Of a stretch of 64,000 bases of DNA, positions 1-9,478 are shown in pieces. Positions within the stretch are counted from its first letter, which is position 1. Each line of letters starts with the position of its first letter. Below the pieces are notes generated by a model that had not been told where the DNA came from, searched no databases, and saw only the letters and a program-made list of their open reading frames with translations. Origin of the DNA: Planctomycetota bacterium (GTDB lineage Bacteria; Planctomycetota; UBA1135; UBA2386); NCBI GenBank assembly GCA_041178545.1, contig JBEGVB010000052.1, forward strand, positions 37,850 through 101,849, in the 5' to 3' direction. The position numbers and the translations under genes were made by a program.

Positions 1-203
1 AGTGCCTGGCCGAGGGGCTGCTCGAGGCCCTCGACGGCAAGCAGCTTGAGCATCGTGGTGCTCTCGCCGCCCGGCAGCACGAGGCCGGTGAGGCCGTCGA
101 GGTCGGCGGTGCCGCGGACCTCGCGCGTGGCCACGCCAAAGCGCGCGAGCGCCTCCGCGTGGTCGGCGAAGTCTCCCTGCAGGGCGAGGATGCCGACGAC
201 CAT
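1..203 (-). CDS. pdxT: Pyridoxal 5'-phosphate synthase glutaminase subunit PdxT (N-terminal part only; gene runs off the left edge)
   Basis: Reverse translation from ATG at 203 reads MVVGILALQGDFADHAEALARFGVATREVRGTADLDGLTGLVLPGGESTTMLKLL, the typical PdxT/SNO amidotransferase N-terminus. It starts 15 nt after the pdxS stop. It is absent from the ORF track because the window truncates it. Confidence 0.8.
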   Translation of the reverse strand, partial: MVVGILALQGDFADHAEALARFGVATREVRGTADLDGLTGLVLPGGESTTMLKLLAVEGLEQPLGQA

Positions 204-217
204 GGCAGGCTGTGGGG

Positions 218-1144
218 TCAGATGCCGCGGTGCGCGAAGCGCTGCTCGGCAGGCATGCTTGCCACCTGCAGGCCGCGCATCGCGTCGCCCAGTCCCTTGG
301 AGACCTCGGCGACGATCTTCGGCTCGCGGTAGTGGGTCACCGCGCGCACGACGGCCTTGGCAAAGCGCTCGGGGTTGGAGGACTTGAAGATGCCCGAGCC
401 CACGAACACCGCCTCGGCGCCGAGCTGCATCATGAGTGCGGCATCGGCGGGCGTGGCGACACCGCCGGCGGAGAAGTTGGGCACCGGCAGCCGCTGGTGG
501 TCGGCCACCCACTGCACCAGCTCGTAGGGCACGCGCAGCTCGGCGGCCTTGCGCTCCATCCAGCTGCGGTCCTGACCCTTGAGCTCGCGGATGCCGGACA
601 TGAGCGCGCGCATGTGGCGCACGGCCTCGACGATGTTGCCGGTGCCGGCCTCGCCCTTGGTGCGGATCATGGCCGCGCCCTCGTGGACGCGGCGCAGGGC
701 CTCGCCGAGGTCACGGCAGCCGCACACGAACGGCGTGCGGAACACGCGCTTGTCGACGTGGTAGACCTCGTCGGCGGGCGTCAGCACCTCGCTCTCGTCG
801 ATGCAGTCCACCTCGAGGGCCTCGAGCACCTGGGCCTCGACGAAGTGGCCGATGCGGACCTTGGCCATCACCGGGATGCTCACCGTGGCCTGGATCGACT
901 GGATCATCTCCGGGTCCGAGGCGCGCGCGACGCCACCGTCCTTGCGGATGTCGGAGGGCACGCGCTCCAGCGCCATCACGGCGCAGGCGCCTGCGTCCTC
1001 GGCGATGCGAGCCTGCGCGGCGTCGACGACGTCCATGATCACGCCGCCCTTCAGCTGTTCGCAGAAGCCGATCTTGGACACGAGTTCCTCGGCCGTGAAG
1101 CCGGGCACGGAGGGAAGGGGATGCTTGCCGTTGGACGTGGTCAT
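218..1144 (-). CDS. pdxS: Pyridoxal 5'-phosphate synthase lyase subunit PdxS
   Basis: Frame of track ORF 218..1369. The internal ATG at 1144 gives [12 protein letters not shown]... with [24 protein letters not shown] and [15 protein letters not shown] motifs of PdxS/SNZ. The 75 upstream codons are P/S/R-rich read-through. Confidence 0.95.
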   Translation of the reverse strand: MTTSNGKHPLPSVPGFTAEELVSKIGFCEQLKGGVIMDVVDAAQARIAEDAGACAVMALERVPSDIRKDGGVARASDPEMIQSIQATVSIPVMAKVRIGHFVEAQVLEALEVDCIDESEVLTPADEVYHVDKRVFRTPFVCGCRDLGEALRRVHEGAAMIRTKGEAGTGNIVEAVRHMRALMSGIRELKGQDRSWMERKAAELRVPYELVQWVADHQRLPVPNFSAGGVATPADAALMMQLGAEAVFVGSGIFKSSNPERFAKAVVRAVTHYREPKIVAEVSKGLGDAMRGLQVASMPAEQRFAHRGI

Positions 1145-1154
1145 GGGAGGTGGT

Positions 1155-2627
1155 TCAGAGCAACAGGCGGTTGGTCGTGGCAGGAGGCGTGACGAGGATG
1201 CGGGCGACGTCCGCGAGGACGGTGCACCCGGCCGGGATCTGGGAGGGCTCGACGCGCGCGACGGACAGGCGGCAGCCGTTGGACGGCTTGCCTGCGGGGT
1301 CGAAGGCGGAGCCGGGCACGACGAGCACACCGCGTTCGGCCGCGAGCGCAGCAAGCCGTTCGCCGGCACCCGTGCCCTGGACGCGCTCGGGCAGCTCGAG
1401 CCAGAGCAGGAACCCGCCCTGTGCGCGCGTGATCGAGCAGTCCTCCGGCAGCCGTGCGAGCAGCTGGTCCTGCACCATGCGGTGGCGCTGCGCGAGCTCG
1501 GTGCGCAACCGCGTCAGGTAGCGGTCGAGGCTGCCGTACTGGACGAAGTTGACGAGCGCGGCCTGCAGCAGCGAGCTCGTCTCCAGGTCCATGAAGCGCT
1601 TGACCGCGGCCATGGGCGCCAGCAACGGGTCGCGGGCGTGCAGCCAGCCGAGGCGCAGGCCGGGGAACAGGCCCTTGCTGAAGGAGTGCACCGTCACCGT
1701 GAGGCCGCGGGGGTCGAGGCTGCGCAGCGAGCGTTCGTCGCGGCCCTCGAAGCGCAGCTGGCTCTGGTACTCGTCCTCCAGCACCGGCACCTGGGTGCGC
1801 GCCACCAGCTCCATCAGGGCCACGCGCTGGTCGGTGTCGAGCGTGCGGCCGGTGGGGTTGTGGAACGTGGGCATCAGGTACAGCAGGCGCACGTTGCCGC
1901 GCTGCAGCACCTGCTCGAGCACGCCGAGGTCGATGCCCTGCGGGCCGCTCGGGACCGGCACCAGCTGCAGGCCGTGCGCCTGCAGCAGACCGATCATCTG
2001 GTGGTACGTGGGGACCGGCACCGCCACCGCATCGCCGGGCTTGCACAGCGTGCGCAGGACCAGGTCGAGCGCCTGCTGGGCACCGGCGGTGACAAGGACC
2101 TGGTCGCTGTTGGCGCCGGGCTCGCCACTGCGACGGGCGAGCAGCGTGCGCAGCTCCGGCAACCCGCTGGGGTGGCCGTACCGGAACAGCTCCGCCCCGC
2201 GGTCGCGCAGCGCGCCGTCGATGCAGCTGCGCAGCTCGTTGAGGGGGAACAGGCTGTCCTGCGGGTTGAGTTCGGCGAAGTTGGCGACCTCGGGCCGACC
2301 GGCAGGCGTGCGCAGCGGGGTCGTCGACTCGCGCACCTGCCGGAGGGCCGCCATGGCAAAGGGGCTCAACGGGCTCTGGTCCGGGGCGCCGCTGCGCAGC
2401 ACCGTGGTGCCGCGACCCACCGTGCCCTCCACCAGCCCGTGGTCGGAGAGCTGCTTGTAGGCAGCCTGCACCGCCGCGCGGGTGACCCCTGCTGCCTCTG
2501 CCACTGCGCGGATGGGCGGCAGTCGGTCGCCGTTGCGCAAGCGGCCGGCCTCGATGGCCTCGCGGTAGTAGTTCGCGATCTGCTCGCTGGGCGGCAGGTC
2601 GGAGCTGGCTTCGAGGTGGGGCAGCAT
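1155..2627 (-). CDS. pdxR: MocR/GabR-family regulator (GntR wHTH fused to a PLP aminotransferase-like domain), likely PdxR
   Basis: N-terminal w[49 protein letters not shown], then a fold-type-I aminotransferase-like domain with [15 protein letters not shown] (PLP lysine). It ends 10 nt upstream of the pdxS start. Start taken at ATG 2627; an alternative TTG lies at 2660. Confidence 0.7.
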   Translation of the reverse strand: MLPHLEASSDLPPSEQIANYYREAIEAGRLRNGDRLPPIRAVAEAAGVTRAAVQAAYKQLSDHGLVEGTVGRGTTVLRSGAPDQSPLSPFAMAALRQVRESTTPLRTPAGRPEVANFAELNPQDSLFPLNELRSCIDGALRDRGAELFRYGHPSGLPELRTLLARRSGEPGANSDQVLVTAGAQQALDLVLRTLCKPGDAVAVPVPTYHQMIGLLQAHGLQLVPVPSGPQGIDLGVLEQVLQRGNVRLLYLMPTFHNPTGRTLDTDQRVALMELVARTQVPVLEDEYQSQLRFEGRDERSLRSLDPRGLTVTVHSFSKGLFPGLRLGWLHARDPLLAPMAAVKRFMDLETSSLLQAALVNFVQYGSLDRYLTRLRTELAQRHRMVQDQLLARLPEDCSITRAQGGFLLWLELPERVQGTGAGERLAALAAERGVLVVPGSAFDPAGKPSNGCRLSVARVEPSQIPAGCTVLADVARILVTPPATTNRLLL

Positions 2628-3079
2628 TTGGGTCACGGGGGCGAGTCTTGTAGCGGACAAGTTGCATCGTTCAAGAGGTCATTTTGGCTGGCGGATTGGG
2701 TGTGGAGACTTCTTGCGCCACAAGATGTTGTGGGTAGGGCACTTGGAAGACTCTGATCGCCGAGTTGTGGGAACGCCCGTCGGCGTGCAAGCCGTTGGCG
2801 GCCACGGGGTTGGGACGGTGCCACTGCCCGCACGCCAAGGCCCCAAGGGCGCATGGACGCAGCTCCGCCACGCCCGCGCGTGGTGTCGAGGGCAACTGCA
2901 AACCCCCTCCACCAGCCTGATGGCCACCCCGCGACGACAGCGGGCACCCTGGCCACCGCCCTTCTGGAGCAGGACCCCACAAGTCCGCGACCCGCATCCG
3001 TCGGTGAGACCGGACTCACGTCGCACCCCTCAACACACCCCCCGGTGGCTGATCGATAGCTCCACAGCTTCGGAGGGGA

Positions 3080-4033
3080 ATGGGGAAGAACACGACAATC
3101 GCGGGGGCAGTGCTTTGCCTGGTGGCATTCGGCGGCCTCCTGGTCAGCGGGGGTGCGGAGCCCGAGGTCCCCACCGAACCCGCCCCCACGGCAGATCCGG
3201 CCGCCTTCGGCGGGTCAGGGATCGCGGCACCCCAGGCGACCCCGGCGCCGCCGCCACCACCCGCACCCATGGCCGAGTCGCGACCGCTCCAGGACCAGGG
3301 GCCGCGCACGCTGGTGCGGCTGGCGGTCGGCTGGGAGGCGCGCGAGTTCTTCGACCCGCTGTGGGAAGCGGCGGTGGAAGCCGCGCTGCCCCACGTGGAC
3401 GTGATGGTGTCGGTGGCCGGCAACCGCGACGTCCTCGACCAGTTGCGTCAGGAACGCGTCGACCTCGCCGGCATCCACGGCGAGTTGAGCTGGCGCGAAC
3501 GCGAAGCCGGTCTGGTGGACCACCCGCTCGGTCGTGAGCGGTTCGTGCTGGTGGTGCAGGAGACGCACCGCCTCTGGGAGCTTGGGTTGGAGCAGGTTCG
3601 CTCCGTGTTGACCGGCAAGGCTCGGGACTGGCGGGAGCTGGGCGGCGAGGCACTGCCACTGCAGTTGGTGGTCCCGGCCGAGCAGGGGTTCCTCGCCCGC
3701 GCTGTGACCGCAATGGTCCCCGGCGACCCGCTGGCGGAGGGGTGCGTTCGGGCAGTGGACGAGGCAGCCGTGTTGGAGACGGTGCGCAACGTGCCCGGCT
3801 CGCTCGGGCTGGTGCGTGCACCTGCGCTCGCCGGCGCCACGGGAGTGAAGGCCGTGCGCGTGGAAGGACTCGACCTGTCCACGGCGCGCATGCAGGCAGG
3901 CAGTTGCCGCTTCGGCGAACGGGTGCTGTTGGTGACGAGCGGAACACCCTCGCCCGTGGCGCGCGAGGTCTCGACGTACCTCACGTCACCTGCGGGCAAG
4001 GCACTGCTCACCCGCGCGCTCGTGGTCGACTGA
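3080..4033 (+). CDS. Exported periplasmic-binding-protein-like protein (PstS/PBP-like-2 type), putative
   Basis: Hydrophobic N-terminus MGKNTTIAGAVLCLVAFGGLLVSGG, a Pro/Ala-rich linker, then a substrate-binding-protein-like domain. High GC3. Preceded by GGAGGGGAATG. Confidence 0.5.
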   Translation: MGKNTTIAGAVLCLVAFGGLLVSGGAEPEVPTEPAPTADPAAFGGSGIAAPQATPAPPPPPAPMAESRPLQDQGPRTLVRLAVGWEAREFFDPLWEAAVEAALPHVDVMVSVAGNRDVLDQLRQERVDLAGIHGELSWREREAGLVDHPLGRERFVLVVQETHRLWELGLEQVRSVLTGKARDWRELGGEALPLQLVVPAEQGFLARAVTAMVPGDPLAEGCVRAVDEAAVLETVRNVPGSLGLVRAPALAGATGVKAVRVEGLDLSTARMQAGSCRFGERVLLVTSGTPSPVAREVSTYLTSPAGKALLTRALVVD

Positions 4034-4047
4034 CGCCGCAGCCGGGG

Positions 4048-4821
4048 TCAGAAGCGCAGGCCGGCGCCGACGAACCAGCCCTCGAAGCGCGCGTCGACGT
4101 CGAAGTCGCGGCTGCTGGCGATGCCGTTGGCATCCATGTCGATGAGCCGGTAGCCCGCGACGAGCTCGAAGTGGTCGAACGGCTGCACGCGGAGCATGAA
4201 CTGGGTGTCCCACCAGCTGCCGTCGGCATCGTGGTACTGGTAGACCGACATGCCGCCCGCGCTTGCGACGAAGGAGACCGTGCCGAGGTCGATCTCGCCC
4301 TCGAGGTAGAGCTGCGGGATGAGGGTCTCCGAGTCGATTTCCTCGTAGCCGGCAGGCGTGCCACCCTGGGCGCTCAGGTCGAGGCGGTAGTACGCGAGCT
4401 GGGCACCCGGACCGAAGTGCAGCGTCTCGCTGTCGAGCACGTCGTAGGTCCACGAGGCCTGCAGGGCAGTGAAGTCGAGCGCGGCGTCCACGGTCGAGCC
4501 GGCGGGGATGTCGCCAAAGGGCTCTGCCAGGGTCCCGCTGCCGTCACTGGAGTAGTCGAAGACATTGAAGCGGAACGTGTGCGCGTCCCACGTTGCCTCG
4601 GTCTGCAGGTAGGGAAGGACCTCGCTCTCACCTAGCCCGAAGTTGCTCTTCAGGTCGTTGCGGTCGGTCTCGAGGTTGTTGGTGCCCGCGGTGTTCTGCA
4701 GTGCGATGTCGCCGCTCATGCGACCGCTCATGCCCGACACGGACGCGCGGTAGTGGTTGGGCGCGCAGGCGGCGGACACCGCCAGCAGCGCCAGGAAGAG
4801 GGTGGGGTTGGCGAGCTTCAT
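4048..4821 (-). CDS. Outer-membrane beta-barrel protein, function unknown
   Basis: C-terminal part of track ORF 4048..6462. ATG at 4821 gives the signal peptide MKLANPTLFLALLAVSAACA. Alternating beta-strand pattern with a terminal ...FVGAGLRF aromatic residue. Confidence 0.7.
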   Translation of the reverse strand: MKLANPTLFLALLAVSAACAPNHYRASVSGMSGRMSGDIALQNTAGTNNLETDRNDLKSNFGLGESEVLPYLQTEATWDAHTFRFNVFDYSSDGSGTLAEPFGDIPAGSTVDAALDFTALQASWTYDVLDSETLHFGPGAQLAYYRLDLSAQGGTPAGYEEIDSETLIPQLYLEGEIDLGTVSFVASAGGMSVYQYHDADGSWWDTQFMLRVQPFDHFELVAGYRLIDMDANGIASSRDFDVDARFEGWFVGAGLRF

Positions 4822-4919
4822 GGCGGGGAACACTAGCTTCCGTCGCGTGGCTTTTCCGTACGCAGGAGGGTCGTGACGGCATTGCCGCGTCCGACCGGTC
4901 CCGAAACGGGACCGGACGG

Positions 4920-6287
4920 CTACTCCAGGGCGAAGCCCAGTTGGCGCAGTTCCTCGCGCAACGCGGCTCGGGCCTTCACGTAGCGGCTGGCACTGCCCCA
5001 GAGCACGGCCATGCGGTCGGTCCAACCCTTGGTCTCGTCGACGGGCCTTGCCCCCGGCGCGAGCACGGCATTGGTGCGGCGCGCCCAGGCGCGCATGTCG
5101 TCGTCGGCATGCTGGAGCGCGGCGGGCAGGACCGATGCGTCGTAGTGCTCGCGGTGGAGCACGGCACCGAGCGGCATGCGGCCGCGGTCGAGGGGCTGCT
5201 CGGCCGGGTGGCCGAGGGTCATGCCATACACGACGTAGCAGTGCCGCGGCAGCCCGAGCAGCTGAGCGAGTTGCAGCGGGTGGTTGCGGGCAGCACCGAT
5301 CATGCAGGCGCCGAGGCCCTCGGACTCGGCAGCGAGCTGGAGGTTCTGGCCGAGCAGTGCGGCATCGACGGTGGACTGCAGGAACAGCTCGAGGCTCTGC
5401 GCCTGCACGGCACCGCCTGCGCGCTCGGCACACAGTGCGAGCTTGTGGAGGTCGGCACACACTGCAGCGAACACCGGTGCCTGCTGGATGTGGGCCTGGT
5501 CGCCGCACAGGGCGGCCACGGCAGCGCGGCGACCCGGGTCCTCGACGGCAACCACGGCATAGGCCTGGATGAAGCTCGAGGTGGACGCACGCCGCGCGGC
5601 ATCGACAAGCCGCTCCAGCTGGCCGGTCGCGAGCGGGTCCGGAAGGTAGGAACGCACCGAGCGGTGGCGGAACATCTGCTCCACCACGCAGTGCGGCTGG
5701 GCGGTCAGCTGGGCGCGCGCCGCGCGCAGGTCCTCGGGGTGGTCGAGGTCGGCACACACCCAGTGGTTGGCCGTGGGAACCACGCGCACGCGCGCAGGGT
5801 CCTTGCGGACGACGTCGCGCAGGGTGGTCCCGGCGACCTCGAGTTCGCAGAGGGCCTCGCGCCGGAATGCCGCCGGGTGGCCGACGCGCTCGCGCCACAG
5901 CGGCAGGCAGACGGCCACCCCGGGCTCGAGGAGGCGTGCAGCCGTGGCCGCGAGCGTGTCTGCCATGACGAGCGCATGGTCCACGGGGAAGACGACGACG
6001 CGCGCAGCCTCGACGGGCAGCGCGCGCAGTCCCGCGCGCACGCTGTTGGCCATGTCGAGGCCCGGTTCGGTGGCGACGACGTGGACGCCCTCGCCGAGCG
6101 ACGGCAGTGCGGCAGCCCCGCGGCTGCGGACCACGAGGACGGGCCCGAGGCCGGCAGCGCGGCACTGCGCGACGATGCGCTCGATCGCCGTGACGCCACC
6201 GAGGTCGAGCAGCGCCTTGTCCGCACCCATGCGCTCGCCCCTGCCGGCCGCAGTGACGATGACGGCGCAGGGAGCGGCTGGTTCCAT
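4920..6287 (-). CDS. Fusion protein: MobA-like nucleotidyltransferase (N-terminal) and NfsA/FRP-type NADPH nitroreductase (C-terminal)
   Basis: N-terminus AVIVTAAGRGERMGADKALLDLGG resembles the MobA/MocA NTP-transferase signature. C-terminus RHRSVRSYLPDP...STSSFIQAYAVVAVEDP...GQNLQLAAESEGLGACMIG resembles NfsA-family nitroreductases. Confidence 0.65.
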   Translation of the reverse strand: MEPAAPCAVIVTAAGRGERMGADKALLDLGGVTAIERIVAQCRAAGLGPVLVVRSRGAAALPSLGEGVHVVATEPGLDMANSVRAGLRALPVEAARVVVFPVDHALVMADTLAATAARLLEPGVAVCLPLWRERVGHPAAFRREALCELEVAGTTLRDVVRKDPARVRVVPTANHWVCADLDHPEDLRAARAQLTAQPHCVVEQMFRHRSVRSYLPDPLATGQLERLVDAARRASTSSFIQAYAVVAVEDPGRRAAVAALCGDQAHIQQAPVFAAVCADLHKLALCAERAGGAVQAQSLELFLQSTVDAALLGQNLQLAAESEGLGACMIGAARNHPLQLAQLLGLPRHCYVVYGMTLGHPAEQPLDRGRMPLGAVLHREHYDASVLPAALQHADDDMRAWARRTNAVLAPGARPVDETKGWTDRMAVLWGSASRYVKARAALREELRQLGFALE

Positions 6288-6301
6288 GGCAGGGAGTGCG
6301 C

Positions 6302-6892
6302 TCAGCCGCCGCGGATCTCGGAGAGGGTGAGCAGCGGCTCGACGCGGTGTGCGGCACGGAAGGCCGTGGCATCCGGGTCCTCACGGTCCGCGATGGCGAC
6401 GACCACCACCGGCACCGCACCGACCTCGAGGACGGCATCGATGGCCTTGAGCGCGGAACCACCCGTGGTCACGGTGTCCTCGACGATGGCGACCTTCTCA
6501 CCCTTCTCGAGGTCGCCCTCGATGCGCGAGCCGGTGCCGTGTCCCTTCGGCTCCTTGCGCACGAGGAATGCCTTGAGGTTCTGACCCGTCTCGTGGGACA
6601 GCGCTGCAACGGCGCTGGCGATCGGGTCGGCACCGATGGTGAGCCCGCCGACGGCCGTGATCTCGGGGTACGCCTCGAGCTTCTTGAGCAGCAGTTTGGC
6701 GATGAGCCAGAGACCCTCGGGGTGCAGCGTGACCTTCTTGCCGTTGATGTAGAAGTTGGAGCGCTTGCCGGAGGCGAGGACGATGTCGATGCCGTCCTTG
6801 TAGGCGCGCTCGCGCACGAGCTGCAGGAGCCGCTGCTTGGCGGCCCTCGGGTCGAAGGTGCGGGAACCGGTTGCGGTGGTCTGGGTGCTCAC
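6302..6892 (-). CDS. pyrE: Orotate phosphoribosyltransferase
   Basis: Frame of track ORF 6302..7213. GTG at 6892 gives VSTQTTATGS... It has the PRPP-binding motif KVAIVEDTVTTGGS and SGKRSNFYINGKK. The upstream track residues overlap purF and the repeat region. Confidence 0.85.
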   Translation of the reverse strand: MSTQTTATGSRTFDPRAAKQRLLQLVRERAYKDGIDIVLASGKRSNFYINGKKVTLHPEGLWLIAKLLLKKLEAYPEITAVGGLTIGADPIASAVAALSHETGQNLKAFLVRKEPKGHGTGSRIEGDLEKGEKVAIVEDTVTTGGSALKAIDAVLEVGAVPVVVVAIADREDPDATAFRAAHRVEPLLTLSEIRGG

Positions 6893-6935
6893 GCGGATGT
6901 GATACCCACCGCACGCAGCCGGTCCAAGCCAGCCG

Positions 6936-7007
6936 TCAGGTCTTGCTGGTGGCGAACCCTCAGGTCTTGCTGGCGGCGAGCCTTCAGGTCTTGCTGGCGG
7001 CGAGACG
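6936..7007 (-). repeat. 3 x 24-bp tandem repeat covering the last 7 codons plus stop of purF and two downstream copies
   Basis: Plus-strand copies lie at 6936..6959, 6960..6983 and 6984..7007 (tcaggtcttgctggYggcga...). Pairwise identity is 21/24. Each copy read on the minus strand ends in ...AGCAAGACCTGA. Confidence 0.9.
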
Positions 7008-8441
7008 GTCCTGCTCGATGTCCGAGAGCATCTCCTCGGTGATGTCCCCGGTCGGGTACTCGCCGTTGAAGCACGCCATGCAGAACTGGGTCTTGCCGGC
7101 GCCGGCCGTGCGCACGGCCTCCACCATGTCGGGGATGGTCTGGTACAGCACGTAGTCCGCGCCCAGCTCGGCTGCCACCTGCTCGTTGTTGCGCCCGCGC
7201 GCGACGAACTCACGCTTGGTCGCCATGTCGATGCCGTACGGGCACGGCGACAGCAGCGGCGGCGAGTACGAGGCGAGGTAGACCTTGGAGGCGCCCATCT
7301 GGCGGGCGATGCGCACGATCTGGCGGCTCGTGTTGCCGCGCACGATCGAGTCGTCGAGGATCAGCACGCGCTTGCCCTGGAACTCACTGCGGATCGGGTT
7401 GAGCTTCTGGCGGATCGAGTCCCGGCGCTGCTTGTCGTTGGGCATGATGAACGTGCGCCCCACGTAGCGGTTCTTGACGAAGCCCTCGCGGTACGGGACG
7501 CCCAGCTCCTCGGCCATCGCCTGGCCTGCCGTGCGAGCGGACTCCGGCACCGGCACCAGCACGTCGACCTCGAGGCCCGTGGCCTTCCAAGAGTGGGCCA
7601 GCTTGCGACCGAGCGAGAGACGGGTCTCGTAGACCGAGGTGCCGTCGAGGATCGTGTCCGGACGCGCGAAGTAGATGTGCTCGAAGATGCACGGGCGGTG
7701 GGTCTTGTCGCCCACCTGGTGGAACTGCGGCACGCGGTCCTGGCCGATCCACAGCAGTTCGCCGGCCTTGAGGTCGCGCACGATCTCGTAGCCCGAGACC
7801 TCCAGCACCACGGACTCGCTCGCCACCGCGTACCACATGCCCTCGGGCGTGACCTTGCGCCCGAAGATGCACGGCTTGATGCCGTAGGGGTCGCGGAATG
7901 CGTACATGCCCTGGCCGCCGAGGATGCCGACCACGGAGTAGGCACCCTTCACGCGCTCGAAGACCTCCTTGGTGGCTGCCTTGACGTCGTCGACGTGCAC
8001 CTGCTCCCCGGCGCGGCGGATGAGTCGGTCGGCGAAGACGTAGAGCACGACCTCGAGGTCGCAGTTGGAGGCCAGGCGCACCGAGCGGTTGGCGAAGTAG
8101 TTGCGCTTCAGCTCGTGGAAGTTGGTGACGTTGCCGTTGTGGGCCATCGCCACGCCCACCGGGAAGTCGAGCCAGAACGGCTGGACGTCCGTGTCCTCAC
8201 CGAGGCCGACCGTCGGGTAGCGCACGTGGCCCACGGCCATCGGGCCGCGCAGGCGCTGGAGGTGCTTGTCCTGGAAGACCTCGCGGACGAGCCCGAGGCC
8301 CTTCTTGGCGTGGAACTTTTCGTTGAAGCTCACGACGCCTGCGGCGTCCTGACCGCGGTGCTGGATGGCCAGCAGACCGGTGAGCACATCCTGGATGACG
8401 TCGTGACCGTCGGGACCGAAGATCGAGATGAAGCCGCACAT
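6984..8441 (-). CDS. purF: Amidophosphoribosyltransferase (glutamine PRPP amidotransferase)
   Basis: MCGFISIFG N-terminal nucleophile Cys. Ntn-amidotransferase and PRT domains (VLILDDSIVRGNT). C-terminal cysteines as in Fe-S cluster-type PurF. Confidence 0.95.
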   Translation of the reverse strand: MCGFISIFGPDGHDVIQDVLTGLLAIQHRGQDAAGVVSFNEKFHAKKGLGLVREVFQDKHLQRLRGPMAVGHVRYPTVGLGEDTDVQPFWLDFPVGVAMAHNGNVTNFHELKRNYFANRSVRLASNCDLEVVLYVFADRLIRRAGEQVHVDDVKAATKEVFERVKGAYSVVGILGGQGMYAFRDPYGIKPCIFGRKVTPEGMWYAVASESVVLEVSGYEIVRDLKAGELLWIGQDRVPQFHQVGDKTHRPCIFEHIYFARPDTILDGTSVYETRLSLGRKLAHSWKATGLEVDVLVPVPESARTAGQAMAEELGVPYREGFVKNRYVGRTFIMPNDKQRRDSIRQKLNPIRSEFQGKRVLILDDSIVRGNTSRQIVRIARQMGASKVYLASYSPPLLSPCPYGIDMATKREFVARGRNNEQVAAELGADYVLYQTIPDMVEAVRTAGAGKTQFCMACFNGEYPTGDITEEMLSDIEQDRLAASKT

Positions 8442-8476
8442 GGTGGAGGGGGTCGGACTCTACCATCCGACCTCCC

Positions 8477-9373
8477 ATGGCCAACCTCTGCAATCTCGAC
8501 GGCGTGATCGCGCCGGAGGCCGAGACCCGGGTCCCGGTGCTCGACCGCGGCTTCCTCTTCGGGGACTCGGTCTACGAGGTGATCCGCACGTTGGGCGGTG
8601 CGCCCTTCGCCTGGGCCGAGCACCTCGACCGGCTCTGGCAGTCGGCTGCCGGGATCCGCATGACGCTCGACCTCGACCGCCGGCAGGTGATGCAGCGCGT
8701 GGTCGAGACGCTCACAAGGGCTGGCAACACCGAGAGCTACATCCGCATCGTCGTCTCGCGTGGCACCGGCAGTGCCCCCAACATCGACCTCGCGTACGCT
8801 CCCCCTGCGCCGTGCTGGCTCGTGATGGTCCGCGCCCTGTCCCCCATCGACGGCAAGCCGGTGCACCTCGCCCGGGTGGACCGCTTGCGCAACGACCGGC
8901 GGGCGCTGGACCCGGCGGTGAAGAGCGGCAACTACCTCAACAACGTGCTCGGCCTCGCCGAGGCGCGGGAACGCGGCGCGACCGATTGCCTGTTCCTCAA
9001 CGCGCAGGGCCACGTGACCGAGGCCTCCACCTCCAACCTGTTTGCCGTGGTGCGCGGCACGGTGTGCACGCCGACGCTCGACAGCGGCATCCTCGCGGGC
9101 GTGACGCGCGCCATGGTGCTCGAGTGGTGCCGGGCCAACGGGATCCCCACCGCCGAGCGCAACCTCACGGCCGAGGAGTTCGCGGCCGCGGACGAGGCGT
9201 TCCTCTCCAGCACCCTGCGCAGCGTGAGTCCGGTGCTCACCCTCGACGGCAAGCCGATGGGCAACGGCTCCCCGGGAGCCCTGACGATGCAGGTCGCGCG
9301 CGGGTTCGACCAATGGTGCCGCGAGACGGCATTGCCGCGGCAGCAGCGCGCACTGACATCGCTGCTGGGCTGA
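8477..9373 (+). CDS. Class IV (fold-type IV) aminotransferase: branched-chain/D-amino-acid aminotransferase or ADC lyase family
   Basis: DRGFLFGDSVYEVIR, YIRIVVSRG, KSGNYLNNVLG and EASTSNLF motifs of aminotransferase class IV. Confidence 0.8.
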   Translation: MANLCNLDGVIAPEAETRVPVLDRGFLFGDSVYEVIRTLGGAPFAWAEHLDRLWQSAAGIRMTLDLDRRQVMQRVVETLTRAGNTESYIRIVVSRGTGSAPNIDLAYAPPAPCWLVMVRALSPIDGKPVHLARVDRLRNDRRALDPAVKSGNYLNNVLGLAEARERGATDCLFLNAQGHVTEASTSNLFAVVRGTVCTPTLDSGILAGVTRAMVLEWCRANGIPTAERNLTAEEFAAADEAFLSSTLRSVSPVLTLDGKPMGNGSPGALTMQVARGFDQWCRETALPRQQRALTSLLG

Positions 9374-9478
9374 CCAAACAGGACGGCCGCAGCAGCGGAC
9401 CTTGTCGTCCGGCACTGCGGCCGAGGTTCTGGGACGCGTCCCCGGAACGGCACCTGGCCGCCCGGGACGCGCAGCGGG

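Noticed and set aside
4048-6462. Very long track ORFs (4048..6462, 10075..12957, 11952..14537, 12030..14612, 46240..48882, 49014..51038, 50302..52251, 52502..53692) taken at face value as giant proteins
   Set aside because: Their N-terminal portions are R/P/A-rich read-through running across neighbouring genes in another frame. In each case an internal start gives a signal peptide or canonical N-terminus and abuts the upstream gene's stop. I trimmed them accordingly.
9302-9311. GGTTCGA strings (9302..9311, 63491..63498) that resemble tRNA T-arm sequences
   Set aside because: Both lie inside well-supported CDS and lack the GGTTCGANTCC continuation and any cloverleaf context. No intergenic gap in the window contains a tRNA-like sequence.
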